Below, one piece after another: positions 37,758-48,710 of a stretch of 50,698 nt of DNA; positions within the stretch are counted from its first letter, which is position 1; every line of letters begins with the position of its first letter. A model generated the notes under the pieces. That model was not told the origin of the DNA, ran no database searches, and saw only the letters and a program-made list of their open reading frames with translations. The position numbers were made by a program, and so were the translations under genes. The stretch is taken from NCBI GenBank assembly GCA_964342815.1, contig CAYFHS010000024.1:1-50698 (forward strand). Direction: 5' to 3'. Source of the stretch: an uncultured archaeon. GTDB taxonomy: Archaea; Thermoplasmatota; Penumbrarchaeia; JASLWR01.

Positions 37758-38000
37758 GAATACACCTTTTCGTGGATTATCAATTTCCGCTCACTAATAT
37801 TATCATACAATAAAGTATCTGCTGCTATCTTCGATTATGGAATTTTATCTTAAATCTGGATTTTTTCATATTTCCCGTAACTATACATTTTTTGGGATAA
37901 ACTACAAATAACAATATTCGAATAATAAATAAAATCTCAGAAATCTCCACTTAATGCTGTAAAACCATATTTTGTATAGCAATTCTAATGGTGTAAATAT

Positions 38001-40037
38001 ATGCTGATAAGTTATTTTTCAGACGGCACCAGAGAAAAGAGTCTCCGGTTCACTTCGAACGGGATAAGAAGCGCGGTTATCGACATACCAAAAGGAGCGA
38101 TAGTGAAAGAAGCAATTATCGAGCTTGAAGCTCAGGAACTACCCGACAGCACCGTGATACGTTTGGGTCTCGTGAAAAATTGTTCACTTGAAGATTTCAA
38201 TTCCCTGGAGGAGAGACTGGAGACCACCCCCTGGGGAAAAAATACCGTTCGGCCAGGTTGGGGTACCTCGGAGAGAACCACGTTTTTGGTTGGTGAAACC
38301 GGTAGATACCGTGTGATCCCAATAGATCCCTCCTCTATGATTGGTGCACATCCTTCTTATTACCGGCGAGAATTCGACGCAGTGATCATCCCCAACGGTC
38401 CTTTACACGCCGATATTTTAAATCTGATTAATTCCAAGATACCCATAATCACGATGAATCCGGTTGTGGCTGAAAAGATGGGTCTATGCGCAGGAGAGTC
38501 GCTGCACGCGGCAATTAACAAACTGCATCTGACTGATCGTCTGCACTATACCTGCGAACAATTTCGGGAGGAGACTCTGCGGGTTGGGGGACGGGAGACC
38601 GAACAGGCTGAGCATATCCTTGTGGATGCCATCAAACCAATGGACGAAAGTACTAAAAGTGTGGTGGATACCGGTTCAAAATCTCAATCGATTGTCGTTA
38701 TGAGCATGGACCATAAATACGCTTACCTGGGTTTTACGAAAGTTGATCAACTTCTTCGCGAAAATATTTTATTTACGATATTCAGACGAACTATAGAATG
38801 GTGCTCCATTGGGGGTTATATCACCAATGTTGGTATCGATGTTTGTGGATTACCGGGGGGTTTCAAGAAACTGGGCCGCTTTACCGAGATAGTGGATACC
38901 CCCGATTTTGCGGACAAGATAAACGAGTTTATAGAGTCCACGAAACCGAACGATGAGGGGAATTATCCGGTGGAGATCGCACTTTATTCGGATTCCCCGG
39001 GAATTCTGATTGCAGGTAATATCCGAGTGGACTGTGTTTTTCTCGCCACTATCGCAAAGTTTGCAGGGGGCGAACGCGCAGTAGAACTTAAATTTGATTC
39101 CATTCAAGAGAGGACGAACGCTTACATTGATATACCGACCATGGCGGATATCAAATCAGCTACATTACGTGTGGTTGGAGACCTCTCCCGGGAGCGTATT
39201 GCGGTCATCTGCTCTGACGAAGAGGATATATACGGCGTAACTGCCTCAACCCAGTATATGGTTGCACAGCAAATAACGGTGGAGCATGTTTTAACGGTAT
39301 CGAGAATCGGGCTTCATTTGTCGAGGCCCGAGGGGGATGCTGAACTGGATGTGGAAATAATATCTGACCACAGGGACCTGCCGATGGATGAAGTTCTGGC
39401 AGTATCAACCTTGAAGGGCAGTGAACTGAAGAAGAATTATTCATGGGTGGATGTGGGTTTCGACAATTTGGTTTTAAAACCGGGTCAGAAATACTGGATA
39501 TTATTGAAAGTAAAGAAGGGTAAGGTGCATTGGCAAACTGATAAGAAATGCCCAAAAGGTGGTGTTCTGAAATTCACGAAGGACGGTGGAAAGAACTGGT
39601 CGGAGCACGGCATGGACGCGCTTTTTAAAGTATATCACATGATGGAATCTTATGAAGCCTCGCCGGCTCTATCTTTACAAAGTGCCTGCGGTCATATATG
39701 GGGTTATTCAGGGGAATTCAAGGAGGTCCAGTTCATATCCGATTTCTCTAAGTCCCTCAACGATTACCTAAAAGCTCACGCAGGAGGAGTTCGAGCTACC
39801 GAAGTAATCCGGATACCTTTAACATTCACGGCACAGTCCATAGGGACCTTGAAACTTTCGAACCTGGAAATAATATGCGAATTACCGACACTCGATTTGA
39901 AGGAGAAGATGGAGATTGTCACTATCGGTAAACAGTTGAAATCGATAATGGAGCTTCTTTCTAGGGTAAATGTAAAAGTGAAGGCACTTATGGATGTGCT
40001 TCCAGAGGAAGTTCTTGAGAACCTTGAGATGGAATAG
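38001..40037 (+). CDS. Hypothetical protein with an internally duplicated split module
   Basis: Long clean ORF; two internal repeat pairs are visible by eye. Confidence 0.75.
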   Translation: MLISYFSDGTREKSLRFTSNGIRSAVIDIPKGAIVKEAIIELEAQELPDSTVIRLGLVKNCSLEDFNSLEERLETTPWGKNTVRPGWGTSERTTFLVGETGRYRVIPIDPSSMIGAHPSYYRREFDAVIIPNGPLHADILNLINSKIPIITMNPVVAEKMGLCAGESLHAAINKLHLTDRLHYTCEQFREETLRVGGRETEQAEHILVDAIKPMDESTKSVVDTGSKSQSIVVMSMDHKYAYLGFTKVDQLLRENILFTIFRRTIEWCSIGGYITNVGIDVCGLPGGFKKLGRFTEIVDTPDFADKINEFIESTKPNDEGNYPVEIALYSDSPGILIAGNIRVDCVFLATIAKFAGGERAVELKFDSIQERTNAYIDIPTMADIKSATLRVVGDLSRERIAVICSDEEDIYGVTASTQYMVAQQITVEHVLTVSRIGLHLSRPEGDAELDVEIISDHRDLPMDEVLAVSTLKGSELKKNYSWVDVGFDNLVLKPGQKYWILLKVKKGKVHWQTDKKCPKGGVLKFTKDGGKNWSEHGMDALFKVYHMMESYEASPALSLQSACGHIWGYSGEFKEVQFISDFSKSLNDYLKAHAGGVRATEVIRIPLTFTAQSIGTLKLSNLEIICELPTLDLKEKMEIVTIGKQLKSIMELLSRVNVKVKALMDVLPEEVLENLEME

Positions 40038-40113
40038 GTCTTGTAATAATGAGAAGATGGAGTTTCATTCTTTGCTCTGAAGATTAATCTTATAATGTAA
40101 TAAATGAATGTTT

Positions 40114-40653
40114 TTATTTTATCAATTTTCCGGCTTCCAGAAGAGCATCATAAATAATTGTGCTATTCACTAATTCATGATCCATTCTACCGCGAATTAC
40201 AAAAATATATTCTTCCTCGGACTGTGAGAAAGACCTTACCGTGATAACAGGTAAATCTGGTAAATAAGAAGAAAAGGACACATAAAAAGAACCCAAAAAG
40301 ATTCTTGTTCCATTGACTGTTACAACAAAAGGAATACCAAATACACCAACATTATCAGGAATTCGATCTCTTGCTTCTTGAATTAATTCAAATGAGTGAT
40401 CGGTCCAATTATAATAAATGATATCGTTTGTGGTCCATAAGGGAACGTCGGATAATTCAAATCGATTTAAATCTCCTTGAGATAGGTTATATGAAGTCCA
40501 ATTTTGATCTATTAGTAAATACACAGCATATACATTCATTTCAGTTGCTGTATCTTTCTGATCCCCATTATTTAAACAACCGGATATTGAGTTTATCAGA
40601 GATAAAAGAGAAATTACCAACAAACCGAAATGTATCCGTTTAGATAATTCCAT
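40114..40653 (-). CDS. Hypothetical lipoprotein
   Basis: Signal peptide followed by ISGC lipobox-like motif. Confidence 0.6.
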   Translation of the reverse strand: MELSKRIHFGLLVISLLSLINSISGCLNNGDQKDTATEMNVYAVYLLIDQNWTSYNLSQGDLNRFELSDVPLWTTNDIIYYNWTDHSFELIQEARDRIPDNVGVFGIPFVVTVNGTRIFLGSFYVSFSSYLPDLPVITVRSFSQSEEEYIFVIRGRMDHELVNSTIIYDALLEAGKLIK

Positions 40654-40848
40654 TATTACGCCCTCATTTTTTTTTATATTGTTATTCCTATAAGTTGTTT
40701 CCTCATAAAAAAACTTATTTTAAAGTCTAAGATTTTTTCAATCTTTTTTCCTACGAAATCACCGTTGATAGATAGTTCAGATGCGATTACACTTATGATA
40801 TTTACCGAATGAATCCATAGTACATTCACAATTCAATTCATTTGAACA

Positions 40849-42618
40849 CTACGATATTTCTGAATAATTTATCCCACCAACCGTCTTTTCGATCTCTTCG
40901 GCTAAGGAAGTATCCGCTAGAACCGAAGCAAGATGAACTTTCCCAGTTATAGGCCTGGCGACAGCGATTCGACCTGCTCTCTTTTTTCCAATACCAGGTA
41001 ACGACGATAATGCACGCAGCGAGCAGGTATTCACCGGGAACGGGGACTCCACTGCCGTAACCGATCTCGCTGAGTGTGATATCACCGCAGCATCTATGAA
41101 ACACCCAAGCGGAAGGGAATACGAAAAACCCACTAGCACGGGGTATGTTCCCACCTGTCTCCCAAAAGTGTTTTTACCATCGTGTTTTTCGAGGAATACA
41201 CGATTCAGTATTGTTCCCTTCGGTACCACGCGCTCCAGAAGGATCGGATCTATCTCATTACGGACCGAATTTCGAAATTTTATGTAATTCGATCGCATCC
41301 GTTTTGAAATCGTTCCATAACCATGAGCGGTAACCATTCGGATATTGATACGCCTGGCGAGAAGTTTTTCTCGTACCAATTTCATTAAAAATTCAAGGTT
41401 TTGTCGGTAAGTATCCTCGGTCTCACCATTGAGTCCTCCGAGGAAATTAATACCCGGTAGAAATGTGGGCATACCGTTATTACCCCGCAGATTCCCGTAT
41501 CTGTTGATCAAACGGATCGCGCCAAGAGCCTCTTCGGGTGTCGAATTAAGATTATTTTTATTATACACCTCGGGATCAGCACTTTCGAGGCCCATTGCAG
41601 CCACATTTCCCGGTGTGCAGTATTTTACTATGGCCTTCGTGATCATAGTCGATTCTTTGGGGTATCCCGCAACCACTGCCGGATTCACGTTATCGATATG
41701 AAGTACTTCGATGTTCTTTATTCTGGTCCTGATACCCGACAGCAAACCGCTAACCTGATGCGGAGACGGTTTTGGAATTTCATTCTCTCCAAGCTCTTCA
41801 GTACCGTAAGAGTAGAAGCAGGATTGACCCCCGAGCCGGAACCTAGTTATACCCTCACGGGCAAGGCTCTCCATCTCGCGTATTATGTCATTCGGCTTGC
41901 GGAAAATAGGCCGCCCATATTTTGACTGCGAACAGAACTTGCACCCACCTGTTCTGAATCGAACGCATCCCTGGTAACTTTCTATCTCGCATATCAAAGG
42001 ATCCGGAAAATCGGGGTGCGATCTGACAATGTAGGACCCAAGGGCACCGTATCTGTCGGCCTCTTCCGTTATATCCATTTGTTTTCTGTGGCCGAAAAGT
42101 TTCAGCAGTAACGATGCGGGAGTATCGGGGACAACGTCGTCATAACTTTTTTTAAGGATATATTCCCATTTTTTACCGTCCGCCGAGACCATATCGAATC
42201 TTGCAAGAGGTCCGCAGAGGATTATCTCTTCTGGCATACCTCTACTGCTATGGGAAAGCATGCGAATTGTTTCAGGAATAGCTGAAAGTTCTTTTTTTGA
42301 AGGTGGCGTTGCACGAAGATATTTCCCAGGAATAATTACTCCAGCGTAAACTATGACAATTGAGATTTCTTTCGTGTTTTTTTTTCCGTTTATAAATTTG
42401 AAAAACCATTGACTCATTTTTTCATTCTTTTTAGTGGCTTCTTTCTTGAGTAATGGTCGTGCCCCGGCTCGCAGCTGGTCTATTGTCATATAGGTTATAT
42501 CCAAACCCAGTTTCTTTGTGATCCCGGCAGCGTAACGGATACGTGGTGATAAGTAGGGTGGAACACCAAGACATGCCGGTTCGTCCTGATAACAATCCAA
42601 CAGAAGAATTCGCGTCAT
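40849..42618 (-). CDS. Radical SAM protein with TRAM-like and C-terminal HhH regions (COG1031-like)
   Basis: LLDCYQDEPACLGVPPYLSP, C-x7-C-x2-C (CVRFRTGGCKFC), GINFLGGL.GET and LSSLPGIGKKRA. Confidence 0.8.
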   Translation of the reverse strand: MTRILLLDCYQDEPACLGVPPYLSPRIRYAAGITKKLGLDITYMTIDQLRAGARPLLKKEATKKNEKMSQWFFKFINGKKNTKEISIVIVYAGVIIPGKYLRATPPSKKELSAIPETIRMLSHSSRGMPEEIILCGPLARFDMVSADGKKWEYILKKSYDDVVPDTPASLLLKLFGHRKQMDITEEADRYGALGSYIVRSHPDFPDPLICEIESYQGCVRFRTGGCKFCSQSKYGRPIFRKPNDIIREMESLAREGITRFRLGGQSCFYSYGTEELGENEIPKPSPHQVSGLLSGIRTRIKNIEVLHIDNVNPAVVAGYPKESTMITKAIVKYCTPGNVAAMGLESADPEVYNKNNLNSTPEEALGAIRLINRYGNLRGNNGMPTFLPGINFLGGLNGETEDTYRQNLEFLMKLVREKLLARRINIRMVTAHGYGTISKRMRSNYIKFRNSVRNEIDPILLERVVPKGTILNRVFLEKHDGKNTFGRQVGTYPVLVGFSYSLPLGCFIDAAVISHSARSVTAVESPFPVNTCSLRALSSLPGIGKKRAGRIAVARPITGKVHLASVLADTSLAEEIEKTVGGINYSEIS

Positions 42619-42717
42619 TGGTTAGGATAATACATGAGTCGAATATAATTTTATGTGGATAATTTTCAGCGAACGGTTTATATTAATCCATCGTTTTATG
42701 ATAATTGAGGTGAAACT

Positions 42718-43287
42718 ATGGAATGGGAAATGGGTGATTTTAAAATAAGACTCTGGAGATCAGGTGACGAAGAAACAATGGTAAAACATGCCAATAACCG
42801 AAATGTATGGCGTAATTTGCGGGATCGATTTCCCCATCCATATACCATTTTAGATGCTCGTAACTGGATCGAAATAGCCTCTACTGAACCCATGAACGGA
42901 TCCAACTGGGCTGTGGAGGTTGGTGAAGAGGCTGCAGGCGGAATCGGTTTGACCCTTGGGACGGACGTACATCGCTTGACAGCGGAAATTGGTTACTGGC
43001 TTGGAGAAAAATATTGGAACAAGGGTATTATTACTCGAGCGGTTGATAAAATAACCAATTATGGATTGAACAACCTCGGCCTATGTCGGATCTATACGGG
43101 GATATTCGAATGGAATCCCGCGTCCATAAGGGTTCTCGAGAAGAACGGATATCAAAGGGAAGGGATCGAACGGAAAAGCATATTCAAGGATGGGCACGTT
43201 ATCGATGCGGTGATCTACGGCAAGGTCAGGAATTCGGATATTGTCAAGGGAGAAAAGCTCGACAAAAAGTCGAGGTTTTCAGCTTGA
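42718..43287 (+). CDS. GNAT acetyltransferase, RimJ/RimL family
   Basis: FPHPYT..DA..W, AEIGYWLGEKYW.KGI and NPASIRVLEKNGY. Confidence 0.9.
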   Translation: MEWEMGDFKIRLWRSGDEETMVKHANNRNVWRNLRDRFPHPYTILDARNWIEIASTEPMNGSNWAVEVGEEAAGGIGLTLGTDVHRLTAEIGYWLGEKYWNKGIITRAVDKITNYGLNNLGLCRIYTGIFEWNPASIRVLEKNGYQREGIERKSIFKDGHVIDAVIYGKVRNSDIVKGEKLDKKSRFSA

Positions 43288-43466
43288 TAATGTGTGCGGC
43301 ATCGTCCGCAGGGGGGTTCCCGAGGACGCAGCAGAGCCAAAGGGTCTGCGTAATGAAATGAGCACCTGGAAGAGCAGATGCCGCTTCATAAATAAATTGC
43401 GAATTTTTTGTGGCGAATAATTTATATTGATTGGCGGGTTAACGACATCATAAATTCATCGAACTG

Positions 43467-44693
43467 GTGATCGCAATGCCCCCGGAAGTTCTAGATCGAT
43501 TCTTAAGATATGTTGCTATAAATACTCAAAGCGAGCATGAACAGGACCCAATCCCCAGCACGAAAAGGCAGTTCGACCTGGCACGGCTGCTGGTGGAAGA
43601 ACTGAAAGAGCTTGGTCTGAATGACGCATACGTAGACGAATACTGTTATGTGACTGCGACGTTACCTGCTAATTCAGATGCCATCAAGGTTTTGGGTTTC
43701 ATAGCTCACATGGACACGTCACCTGATGCACCTGCGGAAAATATCAAACCTCAAATAATTCGAGATTATGCCGGAGGTGATATTGTCTTACCCGGTGATA
43801 CCGAGCAGATCATACCTGCTGAACAACTGAAGGGATGTATTGGCGAGGACATTGTCACCACGGATGGGACCACACTTCTCGGGGCTGACGACAAATCCGG
43901 TGTAGCGGCGATCATGACAGCTGTTTCCACGATGGTGAAGGACCCTTCAATAAAGCATGGGACCATAAAGGTGGGTTTTACTCCAGACGAGGAAGTGGGA
44001 CGGGGCGTGGACAGGTTCGATGTCGAGGGGTTTGGAGCCGATATTGCATATACACTGGACGGAGGCGAATTGGGAGAGATAGAGGATGAGAATTTTAATG
44101 CCTACGAGGCCAACCTCAGAATAAAAGGATATAACGTTCATCCCGGTTACGCACACGGAAAGATGATAAACGCAGTTAGAGCAATGGGAGATTATATCTC
44201 GATGCTGCCAAGGGATAAGGCTCCCGAGACAACCAAGGATTGGGATGGTTATCTTCACCCGATAATGTTCTCGGGTGACGTTGGTTCAATACGGCTGAAA
44301 TTGCTTATCCGTGATTTCACCGATGAAGGCTCGGATGAATTTAAAAGAACACTTGAAGATAATGCCACCAAACTGAGAGAAATGTACCCAGGAGCAGAGA
44401 TTGATCTCGAGATAAAGGAATCCTATCGAAACATGAAGGAACAGCTGGATCGGCATCCAGAAGTAGTTGAAAATGCCATAAAAGCTATTGAGGCGGCTGG
44501 TGTGAAACCTTTGAGGAAACCCATTAGAGGCGGAACTGATGGTTCTCGCCTATCCTTTATGGGACTTCCTACACCTAATATATTCGCGGGCGGTATTAAC
44601 TTTCACAGCGTAAGAGAGTTCGTTCCTGTCGGCTCTATGGAGAAAGCAGTTCAAGTAATACTTAACCTGGTTGGGTTATACCTTGAAGAGTGA
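43467..44693 (+). CDS. pepT: Peptidase T (M20B tripeptidase)
   Basis: FIAHMDT, LLGADDKSG, FTPDEEVG, HPGYA.GKMINA and PIRGGTDG. Confidence 0.95.
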   Translation: MIAMPPEVLDRFLRYVAINTQSEHEQDPIPSTKRQFDLARLLVEELKELGLNDAYVDEYCYVTATLPANSDAIKVLGFIAHMDTSPDAPAENIKPQIIRDYAGGDIVLPGDTEQIIPAEQLKGCIGEDIVTTDGTTLLGADDKSGVAAIMTAVSTMVKDPSIKHGTIKVGFTPDEEVGRGVDRFDVEGFGADIAYTLDGGELGEIEDENFNAYEANLRIKGYNVHPGYAHGKMINAVRAMGDYISMLPRDKAPETTKDWDGYLHPIMFSGDVGSIRLKLLIRDFTDEGSDEFKRTLEDNATKLREMYPGAEIDLEIKESYRNMKEQLDRHPEVVENAIKAIEAAGVKPLRKPIRGGTDGSRLSFMGLPTPNIFAGGINFHSVREFVPVGSMEKAVQVILNLVGLYLEE

Positions 44694-45855
44694 TGGGGAA
44701 AAAAAAATTGTCATGGTCTCGGGGCACAATCCCTATGACGGAAGGATATTCCACAAGGAAGCGAAAAGCCTCTTTAAATTGGGTTATCAGGTAACCATAG
44801 TTGGATGGGATTTCAAGGGAGATGGCCTAAAAAAGGTCGATAATGGGATCAATTTGGAATTTTACCCATTCAAGCTCGACAGGGGGAAAAATATTTTCAG
44901 TAAAGCTCTATTTTTCCGGAAAAAGGTGATGCCAAAAATACGGAAAAGAATTGTTTCCCATAACCCTGATGTAATCCATTGTCATGATCTTGAAACCCTT
45001 CCAGTAGGTGTGAAGGCGGCACATCTTTTAAAATGCAAACTGATCTACGATTGTCATGAGTATTGGCCTGAAATGGAGTACTATCAGAATAAATTATGGG
45101 GTATGGTCACCTGGTTCCTGGAATATAAGAACGTAAGGAAAGTGGACGGCGTCCTGACCGTATCCGATCACCTGGCTGAAAAATTCAAAGGAAAGAAGAT
45201 ACCTACCGAGGTACTTTTCAATACCACGAGATACGAGGACGCAAAAAAGCTCGTAAATTCCGAAAAAAAATCGATTCGCCGCGATTTGGAACTCCCGAAG
45301 GATAAAATTATTATTGGTTATGTTGGAGCAATGAACTACCGGATGGATTTCGATAGTTACGTTAAAGCACTGCCTGGATTGGAAACGAATATAGTTATGG
45401 TTTTCGTTGGTGGTATGAAAACCCGACTGGAAAAGCTTACAAAGCTTGCAGAAGACTTGGGTGTCGAAAAACGTCTTATCACTCATTCCTGGGTAGATTA
45501 TGATACTTGCCTGAAATTTATATATTCATTCGATATCGGTCTTCAGGCTCTCATTTCCGATCCCATGGCCGAGCATACATTCCCGACGAAGATATTCGAA
45601 TATATGGCACTGAAGGTACCGTATGTGACACCGGATCTTCGGGCAATGGCTGATTTCACAAAAAAGTGGAAAAGCGGCTACATACTTGAAGAACGAAACC
45701 CCGAAGAGATCGCGAAAACAATTACAAATGCCGTCTCCGACCCGAAACGTAAAAAAAAGATTGGCGAGAAAAGCCACATGCACGTCAAGGAAAAATTCTC
45801 GTGGGAGATGATGGAGAAGCGTCTTGGAAAGTTCTATAAACGGATTCTAGAGTAA
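44671..45855 (+). CDS. Glycosyltransferase family 4 (GT-B); start ambiguous
   Basis: DGRIFHKEAKSL, DVIHCHD, IYDCHE and FPTKIFEYMA. Confidence 0.88.
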   Translation: MGYTLKSDGEKKIVMVSGHNPYDGRIFHKEAKSLFKLGYQVTIVGWDFKGDGLKKVDNGINLEFYPFKLDRGKNIFSKALFFRKKVMPKIRKRIVSHNPDVIHCHDLETLPVGVKAAHLLKCKLIYDCHEYWPEMEYYQNKLWGMVTWFLEYKNVRKVDGVLTVSDHLAEKFKGKKIPTEVLFNTTRYEDAKKLVNSEKKSIRRDLELPKDKIIIGYVGAMNYRMDFDSYVKALPGLETNIVMVFVGGMKTRLEKLTKLAEDLGVEKRLITHSWVDYDTCLKFIYSFDIGLQALISDPMAEHTFPTKIFEYMALKVPYVTPDLRAMADFTKKWKSGYILEERNPEEIAKTITNAVSDPKRKKKIGEKSHMHVKEKFSWEMMEKRLGKFYKRILE

Positions 45856-46166
45856 ACTAAATTATTAAGGGGACGCCCTTTTCTTACCGATCTATTTCGA
45901 CACATTGTATAGAAAAAGGAACCAAGATGAACCGTGATACCGAAATAAACGGATTCTTCTGAATCCAGGATTCATATCAACGACGATGTTCAAATCTTGA
46001 TTCAGGTATGATGTTTTCTCATAAGCATATTGCCGGACAGTAAATATTATAAACGTTCACTAGTATAAAAATAGCAATTTTTTGAACCGTTAGGGGGGGA
46101 ATATCCCTTCACCTTGTGTTATGAATTTTCAGCCATCCGCGCGACACTGAATGGAGTTGACGGAAC

Positions 46167-48710
46167 ATGAACGAAAGAATGATAGAGAAAATAGTTTCTA
46201 TTTGTATTATTACAAGCATGCTTCTCCCTGCATTCTTGCTTGTACGACCAACTGATGCTGCATCGCCGCTCACCGTGATCGGCAGTGGTACCGGAGCGGA
46301 TTCCGGAGATCGATTTGGACATTTTGTTGAGCAGATCCCGGACATCACCGGCGACGGTCTCGGCGAGCTGATGACCGGTGCTCCATTCAATTCTTCAGGT
46401 GGCGCGAACGCCGGTGCGGTCTACATATTCTTTTCACCATTGAAAGGAAGGACTATCGACTCCAACAATGCAAACGTAAACATCACGGGCACTATCGCCG
46501 GTCAGAACTTCGGATATAGCGGGGCGTACATTCCAAATGCCTTCACCGGGATTGGAGGGGGTGAGATCGCTATCGGATGCCCGGGTAATGATTCCGATAA
46601 CGGGAGCGTATACATTTTTGAGCTTACAACACTGTCAGGAGGAGGTACATTCACCTCCCACGACGCTGATTATTATGTTTTGGGGGAAACCCAAGAAAAA
46701 TTGGGTTTTTCTCTATCTATGGCCGGTGATGTGGACGATGACAACACTCCTGATATACTAATAGGCGCTCCAAACGGGACCGCTGCCTATTACAACGTAA
46801 CCGGAAGCAGGTCGGGTAGAGCCTATGTCATATATGGTAAAGCTGGTGCACCTCCGGTGAATTCCAGTCTCGCAGACGTTACAATCAAGGGTTGGGAGGA
46901 CCTGGCAATGTTCGGTTTTTCAGTCTCAGCGGCCGGAAAGGTTAATGCCGGTAGTGTTGACGATATAATAATAGGAGCTCCGGGGAACGGCTCTTCTGGT
47001 ATGGCTTACATATATCTTGGCAATCCAGGTGGGCTTGCCGCTGATAGAACGAGCAGGGATGCTAACGTCAATATTACCGAGGGAACCGCGGGTCTTGAAC
47101 TGGGATATTCGGTAAATTGTTCAGGGGATTTCAATGGTGACGGCATCGATGATGTTGTGATAGGTGCACCTGGTTTAAACGGTGGACATGGAGCAGCATA
47201 CGTGGTATTCGGATCCATTAACGATGTTCTCGCGGACGTTGACCTCAGCGCTCCCGGTAACGGGTATCTTGGTATTATGGGGCTTGAGGAGGGAAGATTA
47301 GGGCACTCCGTTACTGGTCTGACCGATATGGACGGCGACGGCTATGATGACTGCATGCTAGGCGCGCCTCTTCAAAACGAAACGAGAGGTTTTGCATTTA
47401 CTTTTTTCGGTAATGCGTCCTTTCCGAACCAGTTCATTTCCACTGTGAATTCAAATGGTACAAGTAATGGGACCACTGCCGGAGAGAAATTCGGCTCATG
47501 TGTATCCGAAGGTGGTAATGCGGACGGCGACATTTATCCCGATGCTTTCGTAGGAGCACCCAATGCGACCAATGCAAAGGGAAAGATATATGTTATGAAA
47601 ATGGATCACCTGCCGGTCCTTTCTATCCCGGAACCAGTTTCGCCTATAAAGGGAAATGCCACCACAGCCTTTACCTACAAGGTTATTTACAGTGATATTG
47701 AGAACGATCCTCCTGCATCACAGTATCCGAAAGTAAATATTTACAAGGACTTTGAGGGGAACAATTTGAACAATTCCTCCCCAATGATACTGGACACCAA
47801 TGCAGATAATTATCTCCATGATGCAGATTATACCAATGGTGAGCAGTATTACTTCACCACGATACTGGGAACCGAACGCAATTATAATTATCAATTCGAG
47901 AGCTATGCAGCAAACAACCTCGTTGAGCTTGTGAATACAACACTTCAGACAAACGAGAGTGACGGCCCGAAACCTATAGTTGACACAACAGAACCTTTTC
48001 AGATCACAGGTCTGAATGCTATAGATACCCCAGGAGATCACGGTGGATCGATATATATGAATTGGACTCCTCTTTCCATAAATGATTTCCATAATTATGA
48101 GATCTTTATCGGAAACCATAGTTTCAATAATGTTCAGACCACGACCCCTCATAAAATAATTCAGGATATAAATGAGACGTATTGCACCATAACCACTTAC
48201 AAGGGTGGGGCATTGGAGAACTACAAAGAATACTGGGTGGGTGTGGGTGCCAAAGACGATGTTGGAAACCGAATAATCTCCCTTGCTTCAGTAAAGGTGA
48301 TACCGAAGGACAATTTCAATTTGCTTCCAGGGAATATCACCGATCTTGGAGCAGTCAGTGGGAGATTAGAGGGAGAAGTGCACCTAAACTGGACTGCTGT
48401 AGGGGAGGATATGATGAGTAATGGGCCTGTTTCTGAATATATTGTGAAATATTCCACGAAGCGAGACTTTTTCAGCAATAGTGATTGGAATGCTGGAACG
48501 ACCATTGAACTTAACATCATTCCCAAGACGCCCGAGAAAATTATGGAAGTTAATATTCAGGGGCTCATAGTTGGGACAAGATACTTTTTTGCGGTAAGAG
48601 GTGTCGATTCAGTGGGTCAGATGTCCAATCTATCCAATAGTGCTGATGCCTTCCCCAGTGATGCGCCAGACCTTACAGCCCCGGACCCCGTATACGGTGT
48701 GACAATTTAG
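46167..48710 (+). CDS. FG-GAP/integrin-alpha repeat plus FN3 surface protein, N-terminal part (ends at an in-frame TAG)
   Basis: Signal peptide; about seven G..FG.S....GD..GDG.DD...GAP repeats; FN3-like repeats. Confidence 0.85.
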   Translation: MNERMIEKIVSICIITSMLLPAFLLVRPTDAASPLTVIGSGTGADSGDRFGHFVEQIPDITGDGLGELMTGAPFNSSGGANAGAVYIFFSPLKGRTIDSNNANVNITGTIAGQNFGYSGAYIPNAFTGIGGGEIAIGCPGNDSDNGSVYIFELTTLSGGGTFTSHDADYYVLGETQEKLGFSLSMAGDVDDDNTPDILIGAPNGTAAYYNVTGSRSGRAYVIYGKAGAPPVNSSLADVTIKGWEDLAMFGFSVSAAGKVNAGSVDDIIIGAPGNGSSGMAYIYLGNPGGLAADRTSRDANVNITEGTAGLELGYSVNCSGDFNGDGIDDVVIGAPGLNGGHGAAYVVFGSINDVLADVDLSAPGNGYLGIMGLEEGRLGHSVTGLTDMDGDGYDDCMLGAPLQNETRGFAFTFFGNASFPNQFISTVNSNGTSNGTTAGEKFGSCVSEGGNADGDIYPDAFVGAPNATNAKGKIYVMKMDHLPVLSIPEPVSPIKGNATTAFTYKVIYSDIENDPPASQYPKVNIYKDFEGNNLNNSSPMILDTNADNYLHDADYTNGEQYYFTTILGTERNYNYQFESYAANNLVELVNTTLQTNESDGPKPIVDTTEPFQITGLNAIDTPGDHGGSIYMNWTPLSINDFHNYEIFIGNHSFNNVQTTTPHKIIQDINETYCTITTYKGGALENYKEYWVGVGAKDDVGNRIISLASVKVIPKDNFNLLPGNITDLGAVSGRLEGEVHLNWTAVGEDMMSNGPVSEYIVKYSTKRDFFSNSDWNAGTTIELNIIPKTPEKIMEVNIQGLIVGTRYFFAVRGVDSVGQMSNLSNSADAFPSDAPDLTAPDPVYGVTI

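Noticed and set aside
607-48710. Genome-wide TAG reassignment
   Set aside because: Several intact genes, including herA, end at TAG at their expected lengths.
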